Shown piece after piece: positions 10,685 through 23,348 of a stretch of 64,000 nucleotides of DNA. Source of the DNA: an uncultured Bacteroidota bacterium (GTDB lineage: Bacteria > Bacteroidota > Ignavibacteria > Kryptoniales > JAKASW01); assembly GCA_963790995.1 (NCBI GenBank), contig CAWBQQ010000001.1:1617552-1681551 (forward strand), given 5' to 3'. The position numbers and the translations under genes are program-made. Positions within the stretch are counted from its first letter, which is position 1; the number at the start of each line of letters is the position of its first letter. The notes under the pieces were generated by a model, which was given only the letters and a program-made list of their open reading frames with translations, was not told the origin of the DNA and made no database searches.

Positions 10685-13363
10685 ATGAACCACTTTTCCG
10701 CATTCTCAGCTCGAGCAATCACGCTCCTGTTTTGTGCTCTTATTCTATCTTCTTGTATTTGTGTTTTTCAAATCATGGCACAAACACCCGGTGATTCCGG
10801 CGGCGCCTCGACTCCCGCTTACCTTGACACCAGCCTTACATTCGAAGAACGGGCTGCCGATTTGGTCTCGAGGATGACGCTCGAAGAGAAAATATCCCAG
10901 ATGCAGAACAGCGCCCCCGCAATTCCCCGTTTAAACATCCAAAAGTACAATTGGTGGAACGAATGCCTCCATGGCGTTGCAAGGAACGGAATCGCCACCG
11001 TGTTCCCCCAGGCTATCGGGATGGGCGCAACATGGAACACCGATTTGATCCATGAAGAAGCCGGCGCTATCTCAACGGAGGCAAGGGCGAAGTACAACGA
11101 CGCGATCAGTAAGGGGGAGCACGGGATATATCAAGGGTTGACGTTCTGGTCGCCGAATATAAACATCTTCCGGGACCCTCGCTGGGGCAGAGGGCAGGAA
11201 ACTTACGGCGAAGATCCGTTCCTCACTTCTCAAATCGGCGTAGCGTTCGTCAAAGGCTTGCAGGGCGACGATCCGAAATACTTAAAGGTGATTTCTACGA
11301 CGAAACACTTTGACGTTCACAGCGGACCCGAGCCCGAGAGACATAGGTTTGATGCCAATCCGGATCTGCGCGACCTTTATGAAACTTACCTGCCGGCATT
11401 CGAGGCCTGCATCCGGCAGGGTGGAGCATTCTCTGTGATGGGTGCGTATAACAGCGTTTACGGTGTACCATGCACCGCAAGCAAATTTTTGCTGACGGAC
11501 ATCCTCAGAGACAGGTGGGGATTCAAAGGATATGTAGTTTCGGACTGCGGAGCAATATGGGACATCTATGCCGGACATAAATACGCTCCCGATTTGGCGA
11601 CCGCGTCCGCACTCGCGGTCAAAGCCGGCTGCGACCTCACTTGCGGAGATGAGTATTCGACTTTAAAAGGCGCTGTTGCGAGAGGGCTCATTACCGAGAA
11701 GGAGATCGACGGAGCGGTGAAACTGTTGATGCTTGCGCGTTTCAAGCTGGGAATGTTCGATCCGCCGGGTGCAGTTCCATATTCAAGGATCCTCCCTTCG
11801 GAGAATAACACCGATGCACACCGCCGCCTTGCGAGAAGAGTAGCCGATGAAAGCATCGTTCTTCTGAAGAATGACCATGGCACATTGCCGTTAAAGAAGA
11901 ACCTTCACAAGGTCGCGGTTGTCGGAATGTACGCCGACGACATCGACATCTTGCTCGGCAATTACAACGGAATACCTTCCGATCCGATTACGATCTTACA
12001 GGGAATAAAGGACAAGTTAGGCAAAAAGGTTGATGTCGAATTTTCAGCCGGCTATAATCTGCTCGAAGACACAAATAGACTGGAAACAATCGACAAATAT
12101 TTCGTGAAACCGGCGGGCGGTTTTACCGGACACGGATTTTACGCGGAGTATTTCGACACCCCGGACCTGAGCGGGAAGCCCGTCCTTACGCGAGTCGATT
12201 CGATGATGCAGCAATCCTGGTGGCGCGGTTTTCCCGGCAAAGAAATTTCCAGCAATTATTTTTCCATGAGATGGACAGGTACGATCACTCCTCCCGCGAG
12301 CGGCAAGTATGAAATCAAGATAGTCACAAACGGTAAGAATCGCCTCTACCTCAACGACAGCGTGATCACGGACAACTGGAACTCGCAACAGATGACTCCC
12401 TCGAGTCTCAAACCGATCTTCATGGAACAAGGTAAAGAGTACAAGATTCAGGTCGATTATGCCGACAGCGTCAGCTACGCAGGAATGCGGCTGCAATGGC
12501 GCAGAGTCTATGAAAAGCCGGGCGATGAGAAACTTGCCGCAGACGCAGTCTCAGTCGCAAAAAGATCCGATGCTGTGATCGTGGTGGCAGGGATTTCGCC
12601 GCAGCTCGAAGGCGAGGAGATGCCGGTCAATCTCCCCGGCTTCAAAGGCGGTGACAGAACAAATCTCAAACTTCCCGCAAATCAAGAGAAACTCCTTCAA
12701 AAACTTCAAGCCACTGGAAAACATATTGTCCTCGTGCTTGTCGGCGGGAGCGCACTCGCAGTCAATTGGGAAGAAAAGAATCTTCCCGCCATATTGGATT
12801 CATGGTACCCGGGCGAAGAAGGCGGCCACGCGGTTGCGGATGTACTCTTCGGCGACTATAATCCTGCGGGACGGCTTCCCATCACCTTCTATAAATCGAT
12901 CAAAGATGTTCCGCCATTCGAAGATTACAGCATGCAGGGAAGAACTTACCGCTATTTCAAAGGTGTGCCATTATATCCGTTTGGATTCGGGATAAGTTAC
13001 ACTAAATTCGAGTATTCTAAGTTGACAGTTAGTAAAGAATCTGCAAATGCAAGCGACACATTGAAAGTTTCCGTCACAGTAAAAAACGCGGGTAAAATGG
13101 ACGGCGACGAGGTGGTACAGCTTTATGTAAAAGACTTGACAAGTAAAGAGCCGCAGCCCATCAAATCTCTAAAGGGCCTCAAACGCGTGCATATCAAGAT
13201 GGACGAATCGCAAGCTGTTGAAATTTCCCTGCCCTTAAAATCGCTGAGATACTTCGACGATAAGAAGAACGATTACGTTGTCGAACCCGGCAAATATGAA
13301 TTACAGATCGGCTCATCGTCGAGCGATATAAAACTGAGAAAGACGATTGAGATAATCGAATAG
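10685..13363 (+). CDS. secreted GH3 beta-xylosidase/beta-glucosidase with an inserted PA14 domain
   Basis: 892 aa with an N-terminal signal peptide. It has a GH3 core (KHFDVHSGPE, YVVSDCGA), a PA14-like insert (YAEYFDTPDLSGKPV...MRWTGTITPPASGKYEI...) and an Fn3-like C-terminal domain. Confidence 0.85.
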   Translation: MNHFSAFSARAITLLFCALILSSCICVFQIMAQTPGDSGGASTPAYLDTSLTFEERAADLVSRMTLEEKISQMQNSAPAIPRLNIQKYNWWNECLHGVARNGIATVFPQAIGMGATWNTDLIHEEAGAISTEARAKYNDAISKGEHGIYQGLTFWSPNINIFRDPRWGRGQETYGEDPFLTSQIGVAFVKGLQGDDPKYLKVISTTKHFDVHSGPEPERHRFDANPDLRDLYETYLPAFEACIRQGGAFSVMGAYNSVYGVPCTASKFLLTDILRDRWGFKGYVVSDCGAIWDIYAGHKYAPDLATASALAVKAGCDLTCGDEYSTLKGAVARGLITEKEIDGAVKLLMLARFKLGMFDPPGAVPYSRILPSENNTDAHRRLARRVADESIVLLKNDHGTLPLKKNLHKVAVVGMYADDIDILLGNYNGIPSDPITILQGIKDKLGKKVDVEFSAGYNLLEDTNRLETIDKYFVKPAGGFTGHGFYAEYFDTPDLSGKPVLTRVDSMMQQSWWRGFPGKEISSNYFSMRWTGTITPPASGKYEIKIVTNGKNRLYLNDSVITDNWNSQQMTPSSLKPIFMEQGKEYKIQVDYADSVSYAGMRLQWRRVYEKPGDEKLAADAVSVAKRSDAVIVVAGISPQLEGEEMPVNLPGFKGGDRTNLKLPANQEKLLQKLQATGKHIVLVLVGGSALAVNWEEKNLPAILDSWYPGEEGGHAVADVLFGDYNPAGRLPITFYKSIKDVPPFEDYSMQGRTYRYFKGVPLYPFGFGISYTKFEYSKLTVSKESANASDTLKVSVTVKNAGKMDGDEVVQLYVKDLTSKEPQPIKSLKGLKRVHIKMDESQAVEISLPLKSLRYFDDKKNDYVVEPGKYELQIGSSSSDIKLRKTIEIIE

Positions 13364-13432
13364 AGCCGGAATGATCCAGAATTTAGACAGTGGTTTAATT
13401 GACAGGATCTCTGCCGCTAACAAGAAATTGGA

Positions 13433-13675
13433 TTAATTCAGAAGCCGGCTTTTGTATTCCTTCGGAATCACGCCGCCTCCTTTCCTGAACAGGCGCGAGA
13501 AGTAAGGCGGGTTTTCGAAACCAAGCTGGTACGCAATCTCAGAGATACTTCGGTCGCCGGCGACGAGCATGTTCTTTGCTTCGGAAATCATATAAGGGTG
13601 AATCGTCTCCAAAATAGTCTTCCCTTTTCGGGGTCTGCAATAAGCAGGACCCCGCGAATGATTGTGTCCGTCTAA
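13433..13675 (-). pseudogene. AraC-family regulator remnant (second HTH only, no start codon)
   Basis: My translation is ...KTILETIHPYMISEAKNMLVAGDRSISEIAYQLGFENPPYFSRLFRKGGGVIPKEYKSRLLN*. This matches the AraC C-terminal HTH signature (IA..lGF....yFsR.Fkk..G.sP.eyr). The frame is open for only 80 codons, bounded upstream by an in-frame stop at the cupin stop codon. The first HTH and the ligand domain are absent. Confidence 0.7.
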
Positions 13676-14082
13676 TCAGCATTTAGTGACGTCTGATATT
13701 GTTCATCGCTGACCTTTTCCATCCAGTTGACGACGCTGCCATTGAGCGTTTCCTGGATCGCGATATGTGTCATGGCGGTGGTCGGTGTTGCACCATGCCA
13801 ATGTCTCTCATTCGGCGGGCACCAGACCACATCGCCCGGTCGTATTTCTCGTTTTGGGCCGCCCTCACTCTGCACCCATCCGCAGCCGGAAGTGACAATC
13901 AGGGTCTGTCCGAGCGGATGAGTGTGCCATGCCGTGTGCGCGCCAGGCTCGAACGTGACGCTGGCGCCGCGGACTCGTGCCGGGGCAGGCGCCTCGAAAA
14001 GCGGATCGATGCGTACGTTTCCTGAGAAGTATTCTTCCGCTCCTTTACCGGAGGATTGTGAGCCGTTGATTTTTATTTCCAT
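13672..14082 (-). CDS. small cupin-domain protein
   Basis: 136 aa with the cupin motifs [11 protein letters not shown] and [16 protein letters not shown]. Visibly GC-rich: about 60% in the one 60-nt line I hand-counted. Confidence 0.8.
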   Translation of the reverse strand: MEIKINGSQSSGKGAEEYFSGNVRIDPLFEAPAPARVRGASVTFEPGAHTAWHTHPLGQTLIVTSGCGWVQSEGGPKREIRPGDVVWCPPNERHWHGATPTTAMTHIAIQETLNGSVVNWMEKVSDEQYQTSLNAD

Positions 14083-14183
14083 AACGTTACCCTCTTGAAT
14101 GTGTTACTCATTTAATAATCATTATGTCAAGTGGTGCAGAAGTGATCCTGGAGCCGCGGACGAAAACCCAACGTGGAAAGATC

Positions 14184-14271
14184 AACCATAGAGGACACGG
14201 AGGATACACAGAGAAATAATAGCTTTGTGCCAATAAATTTCCTTCGCGCAAACTCCGTGACCTCCGTGGTT
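14184..14271. repeat. CACAGAG/CTCCGTG hairpin element, copy A
   Basis: The left arm is AACCATAGAGGACACGGAGGATACACAGAG. After a 39-nt AT-rich spacer, the right arm CTCCGTGACCTCCGTGGTT is the imperfect reverse complement of the left arm start. Confidence 0.7.
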
Positions 14272-14290
14272 ATGTTTTTCGGCCAAGCTT

Positions 14291-16197
<1,907 letters not shown>

Positions 16198-16229
16198 GTT
16201 ATAAATGCCTTTCTTTCATTGTGAATAAA

Positions 16230-16292
16230 AACACAGAGACACAGGAAAAGTGATTTCATTTTCCACTCTGTGTACACTGTGTCTCCATGGTG
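16230..16292. repeat. CACAGAG hairpin element, copy B (inverted relative to copy A)
   Basis: AACACAGAGACACAGG ... CCACTCTGTGTACACTGTGTCTCCATGGTG. The reverse complement, CACCATGGAGACACAGTGTACACAGAGTGG, aligns with the copy A left arm ACCATAGAGGACACGGAGGATACACAGAG. Confidence 0.7.
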
Positions 16293-16308
16293 AAATATTG
16301 TTCCATGA

Positions 16309-17316
<1,008 letters not shown>

Positions 17317-17813
17317 TAGAATTAGTTTCATCGTAATAATACGAATCAAGACTTTCACAATAAATCAACTAAGAAAAGCCAACAGGAGTTTATACAAAAG
17401 GCGGGATCAGGGATACACTTTTCCGTATATTTTGCTCGCATCAAGGTTTTGCTTCTTCTCAAACTCCCGTGAGCGACAAGCGTCGATCCGCATCGGGGAA
17501 TTGCATAGAGATATATTGAAGCTTGAAGCGCAGCATCACTTGTCCCACCAATCGACCTTTAGGCGATTAATCCCTTTCCATCCGTCGTGGCCTCATGCTT
17601 CGTAATATCTTCAGTACGCAGACTCCTCAGCAATTACCCATCAAAGGGCAACTTTTAAAAGCTTCGAGGAGAATCCACAAAAGGTTTATAGTAAGCGGTC
17701 ATGGTGATTCAAGGCACGCTTTTCAATTCCCGCAGAAGAGAATTTGTGAAAGAAGACGTTTTGATATTTCATGGAGGGGTGGTTAGACCTAATTGAAACG
17801 AACAGGAGGTTCA

Positions 17814-17990
17814 ATGGCAAATACGTTTCGAGAGACAATGAATACAGTGAAAAAGAAATGTTTGCTTGCGTTACCCCTGATGTTGGCCACAGGATGTTTT
17901 AGTAATAGCGCAGTCAGATGGCAGGACGAAGCCCGTGCTCGCCTTCGCGCTAAACAAAGAATTCTGATATTCAGTTGTTTTGATTCCTAA
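17814..17990 (+). CDS. possible very small lipoprotein (58 aa), speculative
   Basis: An AGGAGG sits 5 nt before the ATG at 17814. The internal MNTVKKKCLLALPLMLATGC looks like a lipoprotein signal with a lipobox Cys, but the mature part is only about 31 aa and has no recognisable fold. Confidence 0.25.
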   Translation: MANTFRETMNTVKKKCLLALPLMLATGCFSNSAVRWQDEARARLRAKQRILIFSCFDS

Positions 17991-18097
17991 CTGCCCCTCC
18001 AAAAGGTCCCGCCGTTCCGCCTGAGCCACGAGCGGCCAGCCGTCAAGAAAATAGGGCCGTTCCATGTCGTAATGCGTAGAAGGCGACCCAAGAAATC

Positions 18098-18198
18098 CAT
18101 GGCACCCATCCTGGTGGGTGCCATGAAACAAACGCAGTCTTACTTCATCACAAGCGGCTTTCCCGCAAAGCGGGATTTCGTCACGCGGAGCGCGTGAC
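18098..18198 (-). terminator. three stacked GC-rich hairpins downstream of the YVTN gene
   Basis: CATGGCACCCA-tcctgg-TGGGTGCCATG (18098..18125), TCCCGC-aaa-GCGGGA (18161..18175) and GTCACGCG-gag-CGCGTGAC (18180..18198). None has a clear U-tract. Confidence 0.5.
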
Positions 18199-18221
18199 TC
18201 AACTTCACATTGACTGGATAC

Positions 18222-21200
18222 TCACTTCATAAGTAATGCTTTCTTGATGGACACGAACCTCTGTCCATCGCCGCCTGTTGCAACGATGCGATAGAAATAC
18301 ACTCCACTTGAGTAATTACTGAAATCTATGTTACGCTCGTATGTGCCCGCGGCCATGGTTCCATAACTCCATTCTCTCACTCTTCGACCAAGGATGTCGT
18401 ATAAGTCGAGAGTTACCATAGAGGCTTCTTTGAGGTCAAACCGTATCGTGGTACTCGGATTGAATGGGTTAGGATAGTTCTGGTAGAGAGCAAATGCCCT
18501 GGGTATCCCACCGATTCCGTCAATCGCGTCTATTCCGGTTCCCGTTGTGAATGGCTCGATAGTCGAATAGGGACTCGCTCCGCCCGTGTCTATTGCGCTC
18601 ACGTGCCAGTAATATTTTGTGCTTGCTGCAAGCGGCGTCAACAGTTTCTTGCTTGTATCTGACATGGTTGTGTCGAACACGACACTTGCTGCACTGAATC
18701 CGCCGAGACTATCTAGCGAGTCGCTCTTAGCCACTTGAAGATGATGCCTTACCGCATTAGCAGATGAATCCCACACGAACGTCGTTCTCCTCGGCACTCC
18801 TGTCGTATCAAGCGGCGAAACGAGCTTGGGCACTGATGGCGGCGCAACTATTGTGGTGAACGAATCCGGACCTGCGTAAGAGCTCGAACCCGCAAGATTG
18901 AACGCCTGAACTCTCCAATGGTATCTCGTGCCCCTTATCAATGCGACCACTTGTGATGTGTCCCCTGTTCCACTGGTCGAGTCATCGACTACGTTCCCTG
19001 TAAATAGTGAGCTAGTCGAAACTTGCCAATGGTAGCCTGCTGCTCCAGCCGCATGATCAATTTTCAATGTGACGCTCACCGGCAGGTTAGCCGCGTTATT
19101 TCCTGGTGAAGCAATCACCGGAACTGCAGGAAGAGGCACTACATCGAACAGATATGCAGTTATGCCGCCGATAATCGGGCTGGCGCCGTATCCGGTATTG
19201 ATGGAAGAAGCATCCTCTCCATCTGTCGCAAAAGCATAGATAACGTGTGTACCCGGAAGCAATGAACTCGTTGTGCCTGTATATGATGCCCCGGACCCGC
19301 CGGCCCTTTGCCAGCCGTTCTGCCATGTGTCAAGCGCATAATACAAATTCTGCACGGGCGACTTGATCGGCGAGTAGGTACTCGTAGCACTGAAATTGAA
19401 TGCGGGTGCTGTACTTGTTGCCAGGTTGTTAGCCAAGGGCGTGATGCTTGCGACAAGCGGAATCGGCTGCACTTCCTGCTCGGTGATGACAGTTACATTG
19501 CTGCTGTTTAAGTTCGCTACATAAACTTTATTTGTAACGGGATTCACTGCTACAGAGATAGGATATGTCCCTGCAGGAATTATTGCCGTTGTTTTCGTCG
19601 CACCGTCTATGACCGTTACAGTGTTGTTAAGACTGTTCGTCACATAACCTTGTTTGTAGCGGGGTTGACTGCTATGGCCAAACCTGCACCGACGGATACG
19701 AGGGCAGTATCGTTTGTGGCGCCGTCGATGACAGTTACGTTGTCGCTGGCGAAGTGCGTCACGTATATCTTGTTCGTAACGGGGTTGACTGCTGCAGCAT
19801 AAGGATAATCCCCGGCAGGCACATTCGTTGTCGTATTCGTCGAGCCGTCGATGACTGTCACGTTGCCGCTGGTCTCGTTTGCCACATAGACCTTGTTCGT
19901 AACAGGGTTCACTGCTATGCCCCAGGGCGCTGTCCCGACAGATATGTTGGTGGTACTGTTTGTTGCGCCGTCGATGATTGTCAAGTTGTCGCTGCTATTG
20001 TTCACCACATACACTTTGTTCGTCACGGGGTTCACTGCTACGGCGACGGGATTTGACCCGGCAGGTACGGTGACCGTGGTATTTGTTGCGCCGTCGATGA
20101 CCGTTACGTTGTCGCTGCTATTGTTCACCACATACACTTTGTTCGTCACGGGGTTCACTGCTATAGGTTCTGGAAATGACCCAGCCGGTATTGTGGTGGT
20201 ACTGTCTGTCGTGCCGTCGATAACAGTTACGTTGCCGCTGCTAGAGTTCGTCACGTAGATCTTGTTCGTTACGGGGTTGACTGCTGCAGCATAAGGATAA
20301 TCCCCTGCAGATACTGTGCCAGTATCGTTCGTCGCCCCGTCGATGACCGTTACGTTGTTGGTGACGGAGTTCGGCACATAGACCTTGTTCGTAATGGGGT
20401 TGACCGCCACTGCCCAGGGCTTTGTCCCGGCAGGTATCGTGGCAGTATCGTTCGTCGCGCCGTCGATAACAGTAACCCCGACATTGTCGTCCGCCACATA
20501 AACCTTGTTTGTCACAGGGTTGACCGTTATACCTGCAGGATTTGAACTCGCCGTTAGTGTGGTAGTGTCCTTCGTTGCGCCGTCAATAATTGTAACCGTC
20601 TGGCCATTGCCGTTCGACACGTAGATCTTATTAGTAACGGGGTTGACCGCTTCAGCAAGCGGAAATGCCCCGGTAGTCACTGTAGTGGTATCGTTCGTCA
20701 AGCCGTCGATGACCGTAACATTGTTGCTGCCGGAATTTGTCACATATACTTTGTTAGTAACAGGGTTCACCACTATATCGCCAGAATATTTTCCGCAAGG
20801 TACAGTAGTGATGCTGTCTGTCACGCCGTCGATGGCCGTCACGGTGTTGTCAAAGTTTGCCACGTAGACCTTGTTCGTAACAGGGTTAACTGCTACGGCC
20901 TGAGGGCCTATCCCGACAGGTACGCTGGTAGTCGTGTCCGTTGCCCCGTCGATAATTGTCACGCTGTTGCTGCCGTCGTTCGTTACGTAGACCTTGTTCG
21001 TAACGGGATTCACTGCAATGGCTCTAGGTGCTGTCCCGGTAGAGACTATGGTGGTATCGTTCGTCGCACCATCGATGATTGTTACGCAGCTGCTGCCGGA
21101 ATTTGCCACATAGATCTTGTTAGTAACAGGGTTAACAGCGATGGCCCAAGGGCTTGTCCCCGCAGGTACGGTGGCGGTATCGTTCGTCGAGCCGCTAATG

Positions 21201-21514
21201 ATCGTAACGCTGTTGCTTCCGTTGTTGGCCACATAAATCTTGTTCGTTGCAGGGTTGACTCCTACGGCCCAAGGGCTTGTCCCAGTAGATACGGTGGCGG
21301 TATTGTTTGTGGCACCATCGATGACTGTAACGTTGTTGCTGCCGCGGTTTGCCACATAGACCTTGTTTGTAACAGGGTTGACTGCCACAGCCCAAGGAGT
21401 TCCTCCGGCAGGTACTGTGGCTGTTACATGCTGGGCATAAGCAGGCCCGCCTGTCCAAATTACAAATACCAACGATAAAAACAGGATCTGCTTAAGATTG
21501 TAGAGCTGTTTCAT
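18222..21514 (-). pseudogene. giant YVTN beta-propeller-repeat surface protein with Fn3/Ig-like region and T9SS C-terminal sorting domain; split by a 1-nt frame break at about 19640-19650
   Basis: ORFs 19640..21514 and 18222..19643 are contiguous. The upstream ORF ends AVNPATNKVM* and the downstream frame reads (G)YVTNSLNNTVTVIDGATK. Restoring one T in aacaaggtt(t)atgtgacg recreates the repeat consensus NKVYVTN. Signal peptide present. I count about 16 VNPxTNK(V/I)YV repeats. The C-terminus reads YQNYPNPFNPSTTIRF...GVYFYRI. Confidence 0.85.
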
Positions 21515-21848
21515 TGTGTTTTCATCCTTTATTTTCGTTTTTGTAGACTGAAGCAGCCTTGCGGCCGTCAGCCTCTATATCTGAACGTGAGGCTGAATAG
21601 TAATCATGCTGGAATTGTATCTTTTCCTCCCGGACCAACTCACAGGAACTCTACATAAAAATTGGAATCATATTTGAAGCATACTCGCATATCATTTTCA
21701 TAGAAATATTAATTGGTACGGACAAAAGAAACAAGCAGCCCCGGCTCTAAAGAACGCTCACAACGGAAAACGCCGAGAAGAAATCTTCGCTACTAAGCTA
21801 TGACCGCTCTAAAAATTCCTCGCCGGCGCTTACATCGAAAAGCGAGAT

Positions 21849-23303
21849 CTACACCAAATAGGTAGACGACGCCGTATCGCCGCCGTGCCCGGTCCAATTT
21901 GTATGGAAAAATTCTCCGCGCGGCTTGTCAACTCGCTCGTACTGGTGCGCTCCGAAGTAGTCTCTCTGTGCCTGGAGCAGGTTCGCGGGCAAACGCGCGT
22001 TGCGGTAACCGTCGAAGTAACTCAATGCAGTTGAGAACGCCGGGATCCATATACCGTTTGTTACTGCATATGCGATGACTCTCCGCCACGCACCCTGTGA
22101 AGCTTCAATCTTTTCCTTGAAGAACGGATCGAGGAGCAGATTGCTGAGCTTCGGATTCATATCGAACGCTTCTTTGATTTTCCCGAGGAAGGCACTGCGA
22201 ATAATACATCCGCCTCTCCACAAGAGCGCGATCCCGCCATAATTCAGATCCCATTTGTAATCTTCAGCTGCCGAACGTAAAAGAGTAAATCCCTGCGCAT
22301 ACGAAACGATTTTGGATGCGTAAAGTGCTTTCTCAAGATCGCTCAAAAATGCTTGCTTGTCTCCTGTAAAATCCTGCCCCGGTCCGCAAAGCACTTTCGA
22401 CGCTTCAACTCTCTCTTCTTTGATTGCCGACAAACAGCGTGCGAACACTGCTTCGCTGATCAATGTCAGCGGGATGCCATGGTCCAGTGATGCAACACTC
22501 GCCCATTTGCCCGTTCCCTTCTGTCCTGCTGTATCGAGAATCTTATCGACGAGCGGTTTCCCGTCGGTATCTTTGTATGCGAGTATGTCTCGTGTAATCT
22601 CTATCAGATAGCTGTTCAAGTCGCCGGTATTCCACTTCGCAAACACCTCGTTCATTTCGCCGGCGTCCATACCTAAGATTTCTCTCATGATCTGGTACGC
22701 TTCGCTGATGAGCTGCATGTCGCCGTACTCGATTCCATTATGTACCATCTTCACGAAATGCCCTGCGCCGTCGCTGCCCACCCATTCGCAGCACGGGGTA
22801 CCATCGGCAACTTTTGCCGCAATTGCCTGGAAGATCGGCCTGACATGCGGCCACGCCTGCGGAGATCCACCGGGCATGATGGATGGGCCGTGAAGCGCTC
22901 CTTCTTCTCCTCCGGAGACGCCGGTTCCGATGTATAACAATCCCTTGTCTTCCAGAAATTTCGTACGTCTAATCGTGTCCGGGTAATGCGAGTTTCCGCC
23001 GTCGATGACGATGTCGCCTTTCTCAAGATGCGGGATGAGAAGCTCGATGAAATCGTCCACAGGCTTCCCGGCTTTCACCATGAGCATTACCTTGCGGGGT
23101 GTCTTTAACGATGAGATTAGTTCTTCTATGCTCTTTGTGCCTATTATATTTTTCCCTTTTGCACGACCGTTGATGAAGTTTGTCACTTTATCCACGGTGC
23201 GGTTGAATACGGCAACGGTGAATCCACGGCTCTCCATATTTAGCACGAGGTTCTCTCCCATTACCGCCAATCCTATTAATCCTATATCTGCCTTCGATGA
23301 CAT
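21849..23303 (-). CDS. gnd: 6-phosphogluconate dehydrogenase, decarboxylating
   Basis: 484 aa with GLIGLAVMGENLVLNMESRGF and the conserved GAGHFVKMVHNGIEYGDMQLI. Confidence 0.95.
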   Translation of the reverse strand: MSSKADIGLIGLAVMGENLVLNMESRGFTVAVFNRTVDKVTNFINGRAKGKNIIGTKSIEELISSLKTPRKVMLMVKAGKPVDDFIELLIPHLEKGDIVIDGGNSHYPDTIRRTKFLEDKGLLYIGTGVSGGEEGALHGPSIMPGGSPQAWPHVRPIFQAIAAKVADGTPCCEWVGSDGAGHFVKMVHNGIEYGDMQLISEAYQIMREILGMDAGEMNEVFAKWNTGDLNSYLIEITRDILAYKDTDGKPLVDKILDTAGQKGTGKWASVASLDHGIPLTLISEAVFARCLSAIKEERVEASKVLCGPGQDFTGDKQAFLSDLEKALYASKIVSYAQGFTLLRSAAEDYKWDLNYGGIALLWRGGCIIRSAFLGKIKEAFDMNPKLSNLLLDPFFKEKIEASQGAWRRVIAYAVTNGIWIPAFSTALSYFDGYRNARLPANLLQAQRDYFGAHQYERVDKPRGEFFHTNWTGHGGDTASSTYLV

Positions 23304-23348
23304 ATCTTGTTTATTCCTTTTTTATTTAGATATTAATCTCTTTGAATT

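Noticed and set aside
10427-10693. 88-aa minus ORF in the xylB/GH3 divergent region
   Set aside because: It overlaps the GH3 start and RBS and the predicted promoter. It has no RBS and no recognisable family, so the region is more likely regulatory DNA.
13672-14082. The cupin ORF as the missing N-terminal ligand domain of the adjacent AraC remnant (one broken gene)
   Set aside because: The cupin ends with its own stop after a complete, standalone-type 136-aa sequence. The remnant also lacks the entire first HTH, which a single frameshift would not remove.
19640-19650. Programmed ribosomal frameshifting or phase variation as the explanation for the split genes
   Set aside because: None of the five sites has a slippery heptamer with a downstream structure. 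The runs are only 1-5 nt, too short for typical slipped-strand phase variation. Indel error or a simple mutation is more parsimonious.
19754-21458. Periodic about 120-nt DNA repeats that could be mistaken for a CRISPR-like or satellite array
   Set aside because: The period equals the 40-41-residue YVTN protein repeat and the whole region is one open coding frame. There is no spacer/repeat alternation and there are no cas genes.
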